Shown one piece after another: positions 38,743 to 50,084 of a DNA stretch of 51,854 bases (the stretch's first letter is position 1; each line of letters begins with the position of its first letter). Below the pieces are notes generated by a model. The model had not been told where the DNA came from, searched no databases, and saw only the letters and a program-made list of their open reading frames with translations. Both the position numbers and the translations under genes were made by a program. The stretch comes from Octopus sinensis (lineage: Eukaryota), in contig NW_021834144.1 of assembly GCF_006345805.1 (NCBI RefSeq), positions 1 through 51,854 of the forward strand. The letters run 5' to 3'.

Positions 38743-40265
38743 TTGTGTGTTCTTACCATACAGCCATGTCTACAACTGGGAAATCTCATAATTGTTGTCA
38801 TTAGTTACCGCTGTGTTAATGAGGTTAATGTTTCACTTCTACACAGTTAAGTCAAAACATTAATTCTAGTTAATATTAGATCTAATGAAATGAGTGGCTC
38901 AAATGCACCAATAGCCGAGTGTTCTGTGATAATGGAACTTTAATTAACACATAGAATATAATGGCGTTCAAGTACCTTTTAATGAAATAGCTTTACATCC
39001 TAAAACTTCTGTAATGTAAGAGAACAACAATCAGGTGAGATGTATGCCAAGGTATAAAACATTGTAATTCTATTTCATATAAAGTTAGTGTAATAAATCT
39101 GTTGCACATTAAGGAATTATCTATGACTGAAGAGCACTTGAGATTTTCATTGCTTAGAGCAAAATAATCAAACATTTTATTTTTAATTTATTTTATTTTA
39201 TTTTTTTCTTCGTGTCCAGATCATTACAGAGAAGCAACTATTTCAGATCTTTGCAAGCAAAGCCAAATTCAATTTAGGTTTCCTGTTGATTTTCTTTTGA
39301 TCATTGTATGGCTAGGGGCTTTTCTAGATGAGTGGTGTTGTGAAATGGTCTGAAATATTCTGACTGGGTCACTTTGTACAAGAAACTATGTCATTCACTG
39401 TCTTGGTAAGCTTGTTCTGAATTCTGGTGATATTAGTAGTCACGGCAAATATTTTAGTGGTGTGATATTGTCTCAGCCAAACTATTCTCGACACAGACAC
39501 GTAATTTGATCAGGCATCATCACCTACTAATCTCATGGCCGTCCAATTTGGCCGGATGTCTACAGATAATCATTTGGCACAAAGTAAGTGACTACAATGA
39601 AGAGGTGAGTATTGGCATTGTTGCTGTTGTTTACACTTAGGTCAGGCTAGATTCAGCCAAACTATTATAGAAAAATTGTCCAACATCGACAATACTGCTA
39701 TCATTTTGGGGATTTTTTCACACCGAGATCTGCTCATCAGAGCAGATCTATGACCAAAGATCCAGAGAAGTTGGCGTTCTTCTTGTTGCTGTTTACAACC
39801 TAAGTCAGGTTTGAACAGTGATGCTTTTTTTTGCACATCCAAATCTGCTCTGAAGTGTAGTGAAGCTATATTCTATCAGTCTCTTTTGCAAACTTCAAAG
39901 GTATTGGGACATAAATAAACCACCACCAGTTGTCAAGCAGTGGTAGGGGACAAACACAAACATGCAAATATATTCAAAGACATCATCAATCCAAGGTAGA
40001 ACATGAACTGAAAAGAGAGACAACTATTACAAATATTACCAAGAAACAATAAAGAACTCTGATTTCTGTCTAGAACACAAACCCCAAAATTTGGTGATGA
40101 GGTATCAATTATCTTCTACTTAAGGAATCGCTCTCTTTTAATATGAAACCAATGATAGACTTAATCTAGAAATAAAGAATCTTTATCTACCAATGCAGCG
40201 TTGAGCACTCATTTTCATTGTTCAATATTAACGTGTGTGTGTGTGTGTGTATATATGTATATATA

Positions 40266-40514
40266 TCATCATCATCATCATCATCGTTTAACGTCCGTTC
40301 TCCATGCTAGCATGGGTTGGACGGTTTGACCGGGGATCTGGGAAGCCAGAAGGCTGCACCAGGCTCCGGTCTTATCTGGCAATGTTTCTACAGCTGGATG
40401 CCCTTCCTAATGCCAACCACTCCGTGAGTGTAGTGGGTGCTTTTTATGTGCCACCTGCACTGGTGCCAGACGAGGCTGGCATCGGCCACGGTCGGATTGG
40501 TGCATTTTACGTGC

Positions 40515-40517
<3 letters not shown>
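40266..40517 (-). mobile_element. Family E retro-repeat 3' end with (TGA)n tail
   Basis: (CAT)n-CGTTTAACGTCCG...GGATGCCCTTCCTAA..CCAACCAC. Other copies near 7247, 8640, 15825, 17704, 21120, 28788, 29658, 36791 and 46119. Confidence 0.8.
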
Positions 40518-40569
<52 letters not shown>

Positions 40570-41265
40570 ATATATGTACATATATGTATGTGTTTATATG
40601 TGTGTGTGTGTGTGTGTGTGTGCATATATATATACATGTATAAATCTCTATATATGTGTGTATTTATATATATGTGTTTGTGTAAATATATATATATGTA
40701 TGTATATTTTATATTAATAATTATATACATACGCCTATACATAGGGCTGTGTATACATATGGCTTTGTGACGGCTCTGCTCATATAGGTATATGAGATAC
40801 TTATACATTTATACAACGGAATATCGACACTGATGATAGCAGTAGGTATATTTTTTGCTTTTAGCTTGAAATGAGATCTTATACATGATTAACCAAAAGT
40901 TTAATTTATTATCTTTTGCTCAATGGTAACCTGCGTTTTTAGAGTTTTTAGGGTGGTTTTAGTGCCATTTGGCGTCTATTTTCCATGCATGGAGGGGTGT
41001 TTTTGCCAATATCTTGTTATAATTATGCATATAATTATTTATACGATATTTGGAAAATTTACCTAAAAGTTTTATTTTCATGCTGACCACCTGATAAACT
41101 CATAAATGATTTTATACTTTATTATATAATAAATATGTGAAAATTTTTGCTGTGGATCAAAGTTGCATTGACTGCAGCATTATTTTGATATATAACATGT
41201 GGTTGAAGAGAAAGATGTAAATTCTACTTTTACTCTGTATTTTTGCAAGTGTGTATATATATATA

Positions 41266-41675
41266 GGCACAGGAGTGGCTATGTGGTAAATAGCTTGCTT
41301 ACCAACCACATGGTTCCGAGTTCAGTCCCACTGCGTGGCATCTTGGACAAGTGTCTTCTACTATAGCCTCGTGCTGACCAAAGCCTTGTGAGTGGATTTG
41401 GTAGATGGAAGCTGAAAGAAGCCCGTCATATATATGTATATATATATATATAGTATGTGTGTGTGTCTGTTTGTGTGTCTGTGTTTGTCCCCCTAGCATT
41501 GCTTGACAACCGATGCTGGTGTGTTTACGTCGCCGTCACTTAGTGGTTCAGCAAAAGAAACTGATAGAATAAGTACTGGGCTTACAAAGAATAAGTCCCG
41601 GGGTCAACTTGCTCGACTAAAGGCGGTGCTCCAACATGGCTGCAGTCAAATGACTGAAACAAGTAAAAGAGAGAG
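41266..41675 (+). mobile_element. SINE family A, full length
   Basis: Matches consensus. Further partial or diverged copies near 24378, 28920, 35107, 43155, 44630, 49000, 51090 and 51700. Confidence 0.9.
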
Positions 41676-41697
41676 TATATATATATATGTATATATA

Positions 41698-42003
41698 CTT
41701 TATTTAAAGCAGCAGAAAATTCAACAAAACCTGTTACTCTGAGTTTCACGTAGCCGTTTATCGGGCAGTTTTTGCTAGCAAAACACACCAGCATCGGTTG
41801 TCAAGCAATGCTAGGGGGACAAACACAGACACACAAACATACACACATATATATATAAAAACTGTCCGATGAATGGCAACGTGAACTCAGAGTAACAGGT
41901 TTTGTTGAATTTTCTGCTGCTTTAAATAAAGCATATTAATCTACCCCTGGTATTTGAGTACTCTTAATTCCACCTTGTTTCACATTTATGTGTTTACTCC
42001 GGT
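41698..42003. mobile_element. Fold-back element with variant hammerhead, SINE fragment as spacer, and 3' tail
   Basis: Arms 41698-41773 and 41857-41931. Arm consensus CTGT-CCGATGA-ACGGCAACGT-GAAA-CTCAGAG-TA-ACAG. Tail to 42003; (TA)n both sides. Confidence 0.7.
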
Positions 42004-42406
42004 ATATATATATATATACATATGGCTGTGTGATGGCTCTGCTTGTATAGGTATATGAGATACTTATACATTTATACAACGGAATATCGATGCTGATGAT
42101 AACAGTAGGTATATTTTTTTACCTTTAGCTTGAAACAAGATCTAATATGCGATTAACCAAAAATTCTATTTTTTATCTTTCTTTTGCTCAATGACAATCT
42201 ATGATTTTAGAGTTTTTAGGGTGGTTTTAGTGCCATTTGGTGTCTATTTTCCGTGCATGGAGAGGTGTTTTTGCCAATCCCTTGTTATAATTATGTATAT
42301 AATTATTCATATAATATTTGTAAAATTTACCTAAAAGGTTTTTATTTTCATGCTGACCTGATAAAATCATGAACGATTCTATCTCTTTATTTATAATTTA
42401 TATATG

Positions 42407-42439
<33 letters not shown>

Positions 42440-42591
42440 AATGCAAGGAAAATGATATGCCTATGACCTTTGGAGTTACTGTGTGTGTGTGTGTACATAT
42501 ATATACATATATATATATATACATATATATATATTATTTAGTGAGGGAAGAAATGGAGCTGAACGAAGATTTTACAAAATTCCTTTTTATT

Positions 42592-42677
42592 ATTTTCTAC
42601 ACATGTTTCAAAGGCTGCAAATTCCCTAATTCGGATTGAATAAGGAGACCATTTTGCAGCATTCTCTTCAGGAAAAT
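42592..42677 (-). ncRNA. Minimal type I hammerhead ribozyme (left arm, mirror copy)
   Basis: Exact reverse complement of 42836-42921. Confidence 0.85.
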
Positions 42678-42835
42678 CCAGGAACTTAAATCTCCAAACA
42701 AATGCGCAGCAAGCTTTTCGAACAAACGCTCCCTAGGAGCCCATGGTATGAATGGCGCCATTCATACCATGGGCTCCTAGGGAGCGTTTGTTCGAAAAGC
42801 TTGCTGCGCATTTGTTTGGAGATTTAAGTTCCTGG

Positions 42836-42921
42836 ATTTTCCTGAAGAGAATGCTGCAAAATGGTCTCCTTATTCAATCCGAATTAGGGAATTTGCAGCC
42901 TTTGAAACATGTGTAGAAAAT
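42836..42921 (+). ncRNA. Minimal type I hammerhead ribozyme (right arm)
   Basis: Stem I ATTTTC/GAAAAT; CTGAAGA 42842-48; stem II GAA-GCTGCAAA/TTTGCAGC-TTT; GAAA 42904-07; stem III C-ATGT-G; GUA cleavage triplet 42913-15. Confidence 0.85.
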
Positions 42922-43654
42922 AATAAAAAGGAATTTTGTAAAATCTTCGTTCAGCTCCATTTCTTCCCTCACTAAATATAAAACTTCAATTATCCGCACT
43001 AAGGCACGGTTGCGATACCCCATGGTCGTAACCTCAACCATGATTTTTCTGTTGTGATTTTTGCTACCCAGGTATTGGTTATAATTTGAATAATCCGTAA
43101 GAAGATAATTCATTTATCCATTTCATAAAATATATATATATATATATATGCTGAGCTTGTTTCAGTTTTCATCTACCAAATCTGCTTATAAGGCTTTTGT
43201 TGGCCCAAGGATATAGTAGAAGACTGGAATCTGTGGAACTGAACCTGGAACCATGCAGTTGGGAAGCAAAAGTCTTACCACACAGCAACATCTGCACTTG
43301 ATTACATAATTTCGTTAATTTGTTTTATTTTGGTAGGGAGAAGGAGGGAGAGAGGGAAGGAAGGAAGGAAGGAAAGAAGTGGGATGCTGCAAGAGATCAA
43401 TTTTAATGGCCAGGTTATTGAAAACCAAAAATTACTAAAACAAAAGATTCGCAGCAGGTACTTTTTTTTTATTGTTTATAAAAAGAGAAAAATGAAAAAA
43501 AACCAAAAAAAACTGAAATCAATTTTTTTTTTTTTTTTTTCCATTTACCCCTTCAATAAAAACTAATTGCTGAAATGGAGGAAATAAAACTAAAAATAAA
43601 TCAATCAAAATAAAAAAAAAACAATGCTGGGTGGGTGGGTGGGTGGAGTGGGAG

Positions 43655-44450
43655 GTGGTGATGGTGGTGGTGTTAGTGATGGTAGTGGCATTAAAGGTGG
43701 TGGTGGTGGTGTTAGTGATGGTAGTGGCATTAAAGGTGGTGTGGTGGTGGTGTTAGTGATGGTAGTGGCATTAAAGGTGGTGGTGTGGTGTTAGTGATGG
43801 TAGTGGCATTAAAGTGGTGGTGGTGGTGTTAGTGATGGTAGTGGCATTAAAGGTGGTGGTGGTGGTGTTAGTGATGGTAGTGGCATAAAGGTGGTGGTGT
43901 GGTGGTGGTGTTAGTGATGGTAGTGGCATTAAGGTGGTGGTGGTGGTGGTGTTAGTGATGGTAGTGGCATTAAAGGTGGTGGTGGTGGTGTTAGTGATGG
44001 TAGTGGCATTAAAGGTGGTGGTGGTGGTGTTAGTGATGGTAGTGGCATTAAAGGTGGTGGTGGTGGTGTTAGTGATGGTAGTGGCATTAAAGGTGGTGGT
44101 GGTGGTGTTAGTGATGGTAGTGGCATTAAAGGTGGTGGTGGTGGTGGTGTTGACTGGTGTAATGGTATTGAGAGTGTTTGTAACGGTAGTGGTATTAATG
44201 GTGATGATGGTTGTGGTGGTAGTGTTGGTGGTATGGAGGTCATGTGGTACGGTGACACTGGTGGTGGTGGTGGTGTTAGTGATGGTAGTGGCATTAAAGG
44301 TGGTGGTGGTGGTGGTGTTGATTGGTGTAATGGTATTGAGAGTGTTTGTAGTGGTAGTGGTATTAATGGTGATGATGGTTGTGGTGGTAGTGTTGGTGGT
44401 ATGGAGGTCATGTGGTACGGTGACAATGGTGGTGGTGGTGGTGGTGTTCA
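43655..44450. repeat. 39-bp GGT-based minisatellite plus higher-order duplication of about 170 bp
   Basis: Unit (GGT)5 GTTAGTGATGGTAGTGGCATTAAA about 13 times; 44103-44275 repeated at 44276-44450. Confidence 0.95.
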
Positions 44451-45507
44451 TAGTGCAGATAATGGTAGTCTTAATGGTGGTATGGTGATGGTGGTATTAA
44501 CATGATTGTAGTCATGGTGGCCTTGGTAGTGGTAGTGGGAGTAGACTCAGTAGTTGTGGTGAAGGTGTGGGTAGTTTTGGTAAAATTAGTGGAGGTGATG
44601 GTATCAATAGTGGTGGTGGTGGTGATGGTGGTAAGAAGCTTGCTTCCCAACCACATGGTTCAGGTTCAGTCTCACTGCATGGCACCTTGGGCTGACCTAA
44701 GCCTTGTTAGTGGATTTGGTAGACGGAAACTGAAAGAATCCTGACATGTGTGTGTGTGTGTGAGTATCTTTGTTTCTCTCCCACCACTGCTTGACAACTG
44801 GCGTTGGTGTGTTTACATCCCTGTAACTTAGTGGTTCGGCAAAAAGAGACAGATAGAATAAGTACTAGGTCTAAAAAAAAAAAAAGAAAAACCTGGGATT
44901 GATTTTTTTCAACTGAAATCCTTCAAGGTAGTGCCCCAGTATGGCCACAATCAAAAGAATGAAGCAAATAAGCATGTCTGGAGTGTCTGCATTCAAAGCA
45001 TTCCAAAATTATTACTTCACTTTGAAACAGGCAGAAGTTGGCTGCAAGAAGAGCATCCAACCATGGAAACTTTTGCCCTAACAGACTCATCTCTGCTCCA
45101 TCTAAGTATGGAAGAGTAGACATGAAAACAATGATGTCAAGAAACATCTCACTCCTGCCAACATAGATATGAGATAAAGATCATCCCTGAGTCATACAGA
45201 CTCATAGGGCATGTTTCCCGGTTTCCGTGACGGAGACTGGTGCAGCCATCTGGTTCGCCAGCCCTCAGTCAAAATCGTCCAACCCATGGAAAGCGGACGT
45301 TAATAACGACGATGATAATGATGATGATCTATTCACCCACTGGACAGGACATTGGTCTATTGCAAGGTTTTAGCCAGCTGAGTAACCTGGAGAATGAAGT
45401 GTTTTCTTTAAGAATACGTGTCACCCTAGTTCAGGAATGGAAATCCCAATCTTATAATTGTGGGACCAGCACCCTAATCACGAAGGGACACACCTCCACT
45501 GCCCCAT

Positions 45508-45885
45508 TGGAAGCACTCTGTCGGTTACGATGACGAGGGTTCCGGTTGATCCGATCAACGGAACAGCCTGCTCGTGAAATTATCGTGTAAGTGGCTGAGC
45601 ACTCCACAGACACGTGTACCCTTAACGTAGTTCTCGGGGATATTCAGCGTGACACAGAGAGTGACAAGGCCGGCCCTTTGAAATACAGGTACAACAGAAA
45701 CAGGAAGCGTGAGAGAAAGTTGTGGTGAAAGAGTACAGCAGGGATCACCACCATCCCTGCCGGAGCCTCGTGGAGCTTTAGGTGTTTTCGCTCAATAAAC
45801 ACTCACAACGCCCGGTCTGGGAATCGAAACCACGATCCTACGACCGCGAGCCCGCTGCCCTAACCACTGGGCCATTGTGCCTCCA
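45508..45885 (-). mobile_element. SINE family C, full length
   Basis: Near-identical to 24536-24919; TSD CACTGCCCCAT at 45497-507 and 45886-896. Confidence 0.9.
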
Positions 45886-47197
45886 CACTGCCCCATACAT
45901 GAACACACCGAAACAAAACAGTTTTTGAATATTAACAAGACAGATTTTAAAATGTTTTCTTGCCCCTTGTTCATTAATGCAGCTTCATAAAATTGGCATT
46001 GTAGACACGAGCCAGCAAAGTGACCATTGGTCACGAGGCATGTTAGATACAGTAGCCAAATCTTCCCTCAACCCATTACTGTAAAGGTTTGAGGATGGAC
46101 ATTTATATTTGCCAAGTTATCATCATCATCATCATCATCATCGTTTAATGTCCGTTCTCCATGCTAGCATGGGTTGAACGGTTCGACCGGGGATCTGGAA
46201 AGCCAGAAGGCTGCACCAGGCTCCAGTCTTATCTGGCAATGTTTCTACAGCTGGATGCCCTTCCTAACGGCAACCACTCCGTGAGTGTAGTGGGTGCTTT
46301 TTACGTGCCACCTGCACAGGTGCCAGGCGAGGCTGGCAACGGCCACGGTTGGATTGGTGCAGTTTACGTGCCACCTTAATGTAAAAGCAGACTTATGTAT
46401 TTTATGAATGTCAGCACTTTCGACAGTCAACTTCAATGAATGCCAACAGTTTTGACTGCCAAAAGCATAAAGTGTAGCAGAAACAATAGATTGCTGTTTC
46501 TGTCAGTCTTACATTGATAAATGGTAACACTGTAATTAGTTTCTCCTAGTCATGAACTGAGTTCACATTTGCTTTTGGACCTTCCAGGGATAAACCATGC
46601 ATGTTTCACAGTCGATTCCATTACACAAACCATAACCTTGGCAAATGTGTGTGTCTTTGTGCAATTGTTAAGTAACCATTGAATAAGTACGGCTAATGAT
46701 GCAGCAAACCAAATCCCACACACTGTTTTGCTTTTTATCTCATTTTAAAGTTCAAATACTTCTTAACCTTCTAAACACCAACCTGTTTGGAACCACTGGT
46801 TTCATAAAACGAAAATATCGAAAATATCAAAAGGTTTAGAGTAAAAAACAAAATAAAACAATCTTTCGTTTTCACTGTCAACAAATCATCTGCTGGTTCT
46901 GTGCTTTCAAGGATTTATACATGAAGAGACCTTTTCCATGAAAAACAGATAGGGTCTAGTGAGAAAAAGGGCATCGGGCTGTAAAGCAAGGCTTCAGTAA
47001 TACATTTGTCTCACTTGTACTAGCATGGGGAAACAGAAGTAAAAATCAAAGGAATGAACAAATTATCATAACCATTATCAGATTTGTAATGATGGTGGTG
47101 GTAGTAGTGGTGTTTGTGGTGATGGTGGTGGTTGTGGTAGTAATGATGGTCATTGTGGTGATGGCAATAGTTGTGGTCGTGATGGCGATGGTTGTGG

Positions 47198-47617
47198 TAG
47201 TGAGCTGACAGAAACGTTAGCATGTCGGGTGAAATGCTTAGCGGTATTTCGTCTGCTGTTACGTTCTGAGTTCAAATTCCGCCGAGGTTGATTTGCCTTT
47301 CATCCTTTCGGGGTCGATGAATTAAGTACCAGTTACACACTGGGGTCAATGTAATCGACTTAATACCTATGTCTGTCCTTGTTTGTCCCCTCTGTGTTTA
47401 GCCCCTTGTGGGTAGTAAAGAAATATAAATAAGTATTTCGTCTGCCGCTACGTTCTGAGTTCAAATTCCGCCGAGGTCGACTTTGCCTTTCATCCTTTCG
47501 GGGTCGATAAATTAAGTACCAGTTACACACTGGGGTCAATGTAATCGATTTAATACCTATGTCTGTCCTTGTTTGTCCCCTCTATGTTTAGCCCCTTGTG
47601 GGTAATAAAGAAATAGG
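47198..47617 (+). mobile_element. Family B SINE with tandem second unit lacking the head
   Basis: 47245-47426 repeated at 47433-47615. Other B copies near 225, 485, 4562, 16467, 18810, 25237, 25374, 37925 and 51410. Confidence 0.85.
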
Positions 47618-48300
47618 TTGTGGTAGTGATGGTGGTGGTGATGGCAGTGGTTAAGATGATCAGGCGGAAGATTATGGTGAGGGTGGTATTGGTTTCATTT
47701 GTTTCCTTCTACCCTCACTTCCCAGCAAGAGCATTCCGTGTGCCTCACACTTGATCAACTTCATCTTGCTTCCTATGAGATGACCCGGGTGACATTTGAA
47801 TCAACCAAGCACAAAGAACAGGCAATTAGCCGTCTCATTCAGCAGCAACTAAATTTTGTCAGATTTCTCCTTCAAGAGCTGCTAACATTTAAAAACACTG
47901 AAATTAAATATATTCCTAATTAATTACAACAACAACAACAACAGCAACATATATAAAAGAAGACAATCACAAGAACAGCAACATTATAATTAGCTGAATC
48001 TAACAAACAGGTGACTTGTTCTCCTTGTCTGTGTTTTAAGATGGTCAGGGACAAAAATGTTTGTCTGTTTTTTTTGTATGCTTCTTTGTTGTTGTTGTTA
48101 TTTTTTTTTTGTCTCTATCTTTCAAGAAGATGTAAAGAAATTAAGTAATGATTCATTGCAAACAGCCTGTTGCTGGTTTTGTTTATTCTACATCAAGAAG
48201 AAGCTGAAGGACATCAGATATGAGAGACATCAATTGAGCCTACCAGAAAATTTTCTTGTTGGGAGAATACAGAGGTGTTAACATCTTAATATAATGGTTA

Positions 48301-48643
48301 GTGAAGGCGCGTGGCTCAGTGGTTAGAGCGTCGAGCTTACGATCGTGAGGTTGTGAGCTCGAATCCCGGACCGGGCTGCGTGTTGTGTTCTTGAGCAAGA
48401 GTTTCACGTTGCTCCAGTTCACTCAACTGTAGAAATGAGTTGCGACGTCACAGGTGCCAAGCTGCATCGGCCCTTGCCTTTCCCTTGGACAACATCGGTG
48501 ACGTGGAGAGGGGAGGCCGGTATGCATGGCCGACTGCTGGTCTTCCATAAAAAAAACAACCTTGCCCAGACTTGTGCCTCAGAGGGTAACTCTCTAGGTG
48601 CAAACCCATGGTCAGTGTCTGACCGAAGGGGGTCACCATCACC
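48301..48643 (+). mobile_element. tRNA-derived SINE family D, full length
   Basis: A box TGGCTCAGTGG, B-box-like GCTCGAATCC; 10-bp TSD ATAATGGTTA. Diverged minus copies at 10500-10800 and 27110-27595. Confidence 0.9.
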
Positions 48644-49311
48644 ATAATGGTTACAAAATTGCAAATGGGAAATAGAAATGAGAGAGCAATGTGAAATAAT
48701 AGTTGTGGAAAAAGGGGAGGGGGGATAAAAAAAAGAATAATATCAGTAATGATTGGTGGTGGTGTGATCTAGTGTATGAGAAAGGTAGTAAAGGTTACAG
48801 AGAGAGGTAGTTAAGGTTTTTAACAAGAGCCAGTGCAGTTGAAATATGAAATAGAAATGGGATGATAAGCAGCTAGTGAAGTGAGCTAAGTTAATAAGTG
48901 AAAAAGTAGGACAAAACAACGATGAAGTAAAGGACATGTATATATGGTAACGCAAATGCACACCAAGATTGGGAAGGAGAAGAGAAAGAGAATGAGCTAA
49001 AGCTGTGGGGTAGGAAGTTTGCTTCCTAACTAAATGGTTTCAGGTCCAGTCCCACTGCACAGCAGTTGAGCAAGTGTCTTCTACTATAGTCACAGGCTGG
49101 CTAAAGTTACCATCTACCACTTGGTAGATGGAAACTGAAAGAAACTCATTTTGTGTGTGTGTGTGTGTGTGCATGTGCCTTTCTGTTTGTATTTGTCCCC
49201 CACCACTGCTTGACAACTGGTGTTGGTGTGTTTACATCCCTGTAACTTAGCAGTTTGGCAAAAGAGACCAACAGAATAAGTACCAGGCTTAAAAAAAAAT
49301 TGCTGGTTTAA

Positions 49312-49673
49312 GCCTTTAACATTTAAATTGGCCATATCCAGCCCAAATATTCTCCCCGTTTTATGTTCAAACTGGCAATATCCAACCTCTCACACCTACC
49401 CTACAATATCATTCTGAAAATAAACAATCACATCATTGAAACACCAGAAGCTACAAAATAATGCACGATTAATACAATGTGAATTAAAAAAAGCATTACG
49501 TTTGACACAGAAGTCTGAATGCTAAAGCGTTAATTAATTCTCCAGCATTTAAACTGGCCACACCCAACACAAACATTCTGCCTCTTTGATGTTCAAACTA
49601 GCCAGATCTGGCTTCTCACACCTATCCTATAAAGAAGCATTATATCGGAGAAAGTAATCTGAACGCTGAAGGG
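49312..49673. mobile_element. Two tandem piggyBac-type MITEs (49312-49529, 49538-49673)
   Basis: TTAA boundaries, degenerate CCCTTTAGCATT/AATGCTAAAGGG ends, mutual similarity. Confidence 0.6.
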
Positions 49674-49775
49674 TTAAATGGCAGAGGCATGGCTGTGTGG
49701 TAAGAAGTTTGCTTCTCAACCACATGGTTCTGAGTTCAATCCCATTGCACAGCACTTGAGCAAGTGTCTTCTACT

Positions 49776-50084
49776 TCAAAATCTCTCGTGGAAGCGCCAT
49801 CCAACCAAAATGCAAATATATGGGAAACTACCACCTGTGTCATCTCTTGTGAAAGGTAGGAGAGTCCAGTTTGCTGGACATTGTTGTAGAGCTGAAAAAG
49901 AGGTAATTTCTACTCTTCTCCTCGCAATACCAGAGGGCGCACACTCTCCTACCCTGATGTAATCTCCAGGGATACAGGCATCCAGCAACAGGACCTCCGT
50001 AATGCCATGATGGACCGTGAAGTCTGGCGTAGCATGGTAAATTCCATTGTCTCGACCACGGTCGAATAATGATGAATGATGATG
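49776..50084 (+). mobile_element. Second 5'-truncated copy of the same RTE-group LINE, inserted in a family A SINE
   Basis: Near-identical to 37266-37586 with a 16-bp deletion between CTC microhomologies; (TGA)n tail; SINE sequence resumes after it. Confidence 0.85.

Larger units (their letters stand above)
35918..39375. repeat. Inverted repeat pair of about 260 bp (35918-36179 and 39111-39375)
   Basis: CATTTCACAACACCACTCATCTAGAAAAGCCCCTAGCCATAC versus its reverse complement; scattered mismatches. Confidence 0.9.
40753..42395 (+). repeat. Pair of diverged direct repeats of about 370 bp (40753-41125, 42016-42395), possible PLE pLTR remnants
   Basis: Shared GGTATATGAGATACTTATACATTTATACAACGGAATATCGA and TTTTAGAGTTTTTAGGGTGGTTTTAGTGCCATTTGG. 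Each copy has CTGATGA...GAAA and is TA-flanked. Confidence 0.7.
42535..42978. repeat. Perfect 444-bp zero-spacer palindrome, probable Penelope-like inverted pLTR
   Basis: 222-bp arms are exact reverse complements as read by eye, centre GGC|GCC at 42756/42757. (TA)n on the left; unique tail 42979-43130 then (TA)n on the right. Confidence 0.95.

Noticed and set aside
39705-39750. Hairpin AGATCTGCTC/GAGCAGATCT with CTGATGA...GAAA on the minus strand
   Set aside because: No stem I or stem III pairing, and the core is buried in the hairpin.
48127-48281. Plus-strand exon after a strong pyrimidine tract
   Set aside because: Weak donor, no recognisable peptide, no partner exons on this strand.
48301-48376. 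tRNA gene
   Set aside because: tRNA-like head of a TSD-flanked SINE; no proper acceptor stem.
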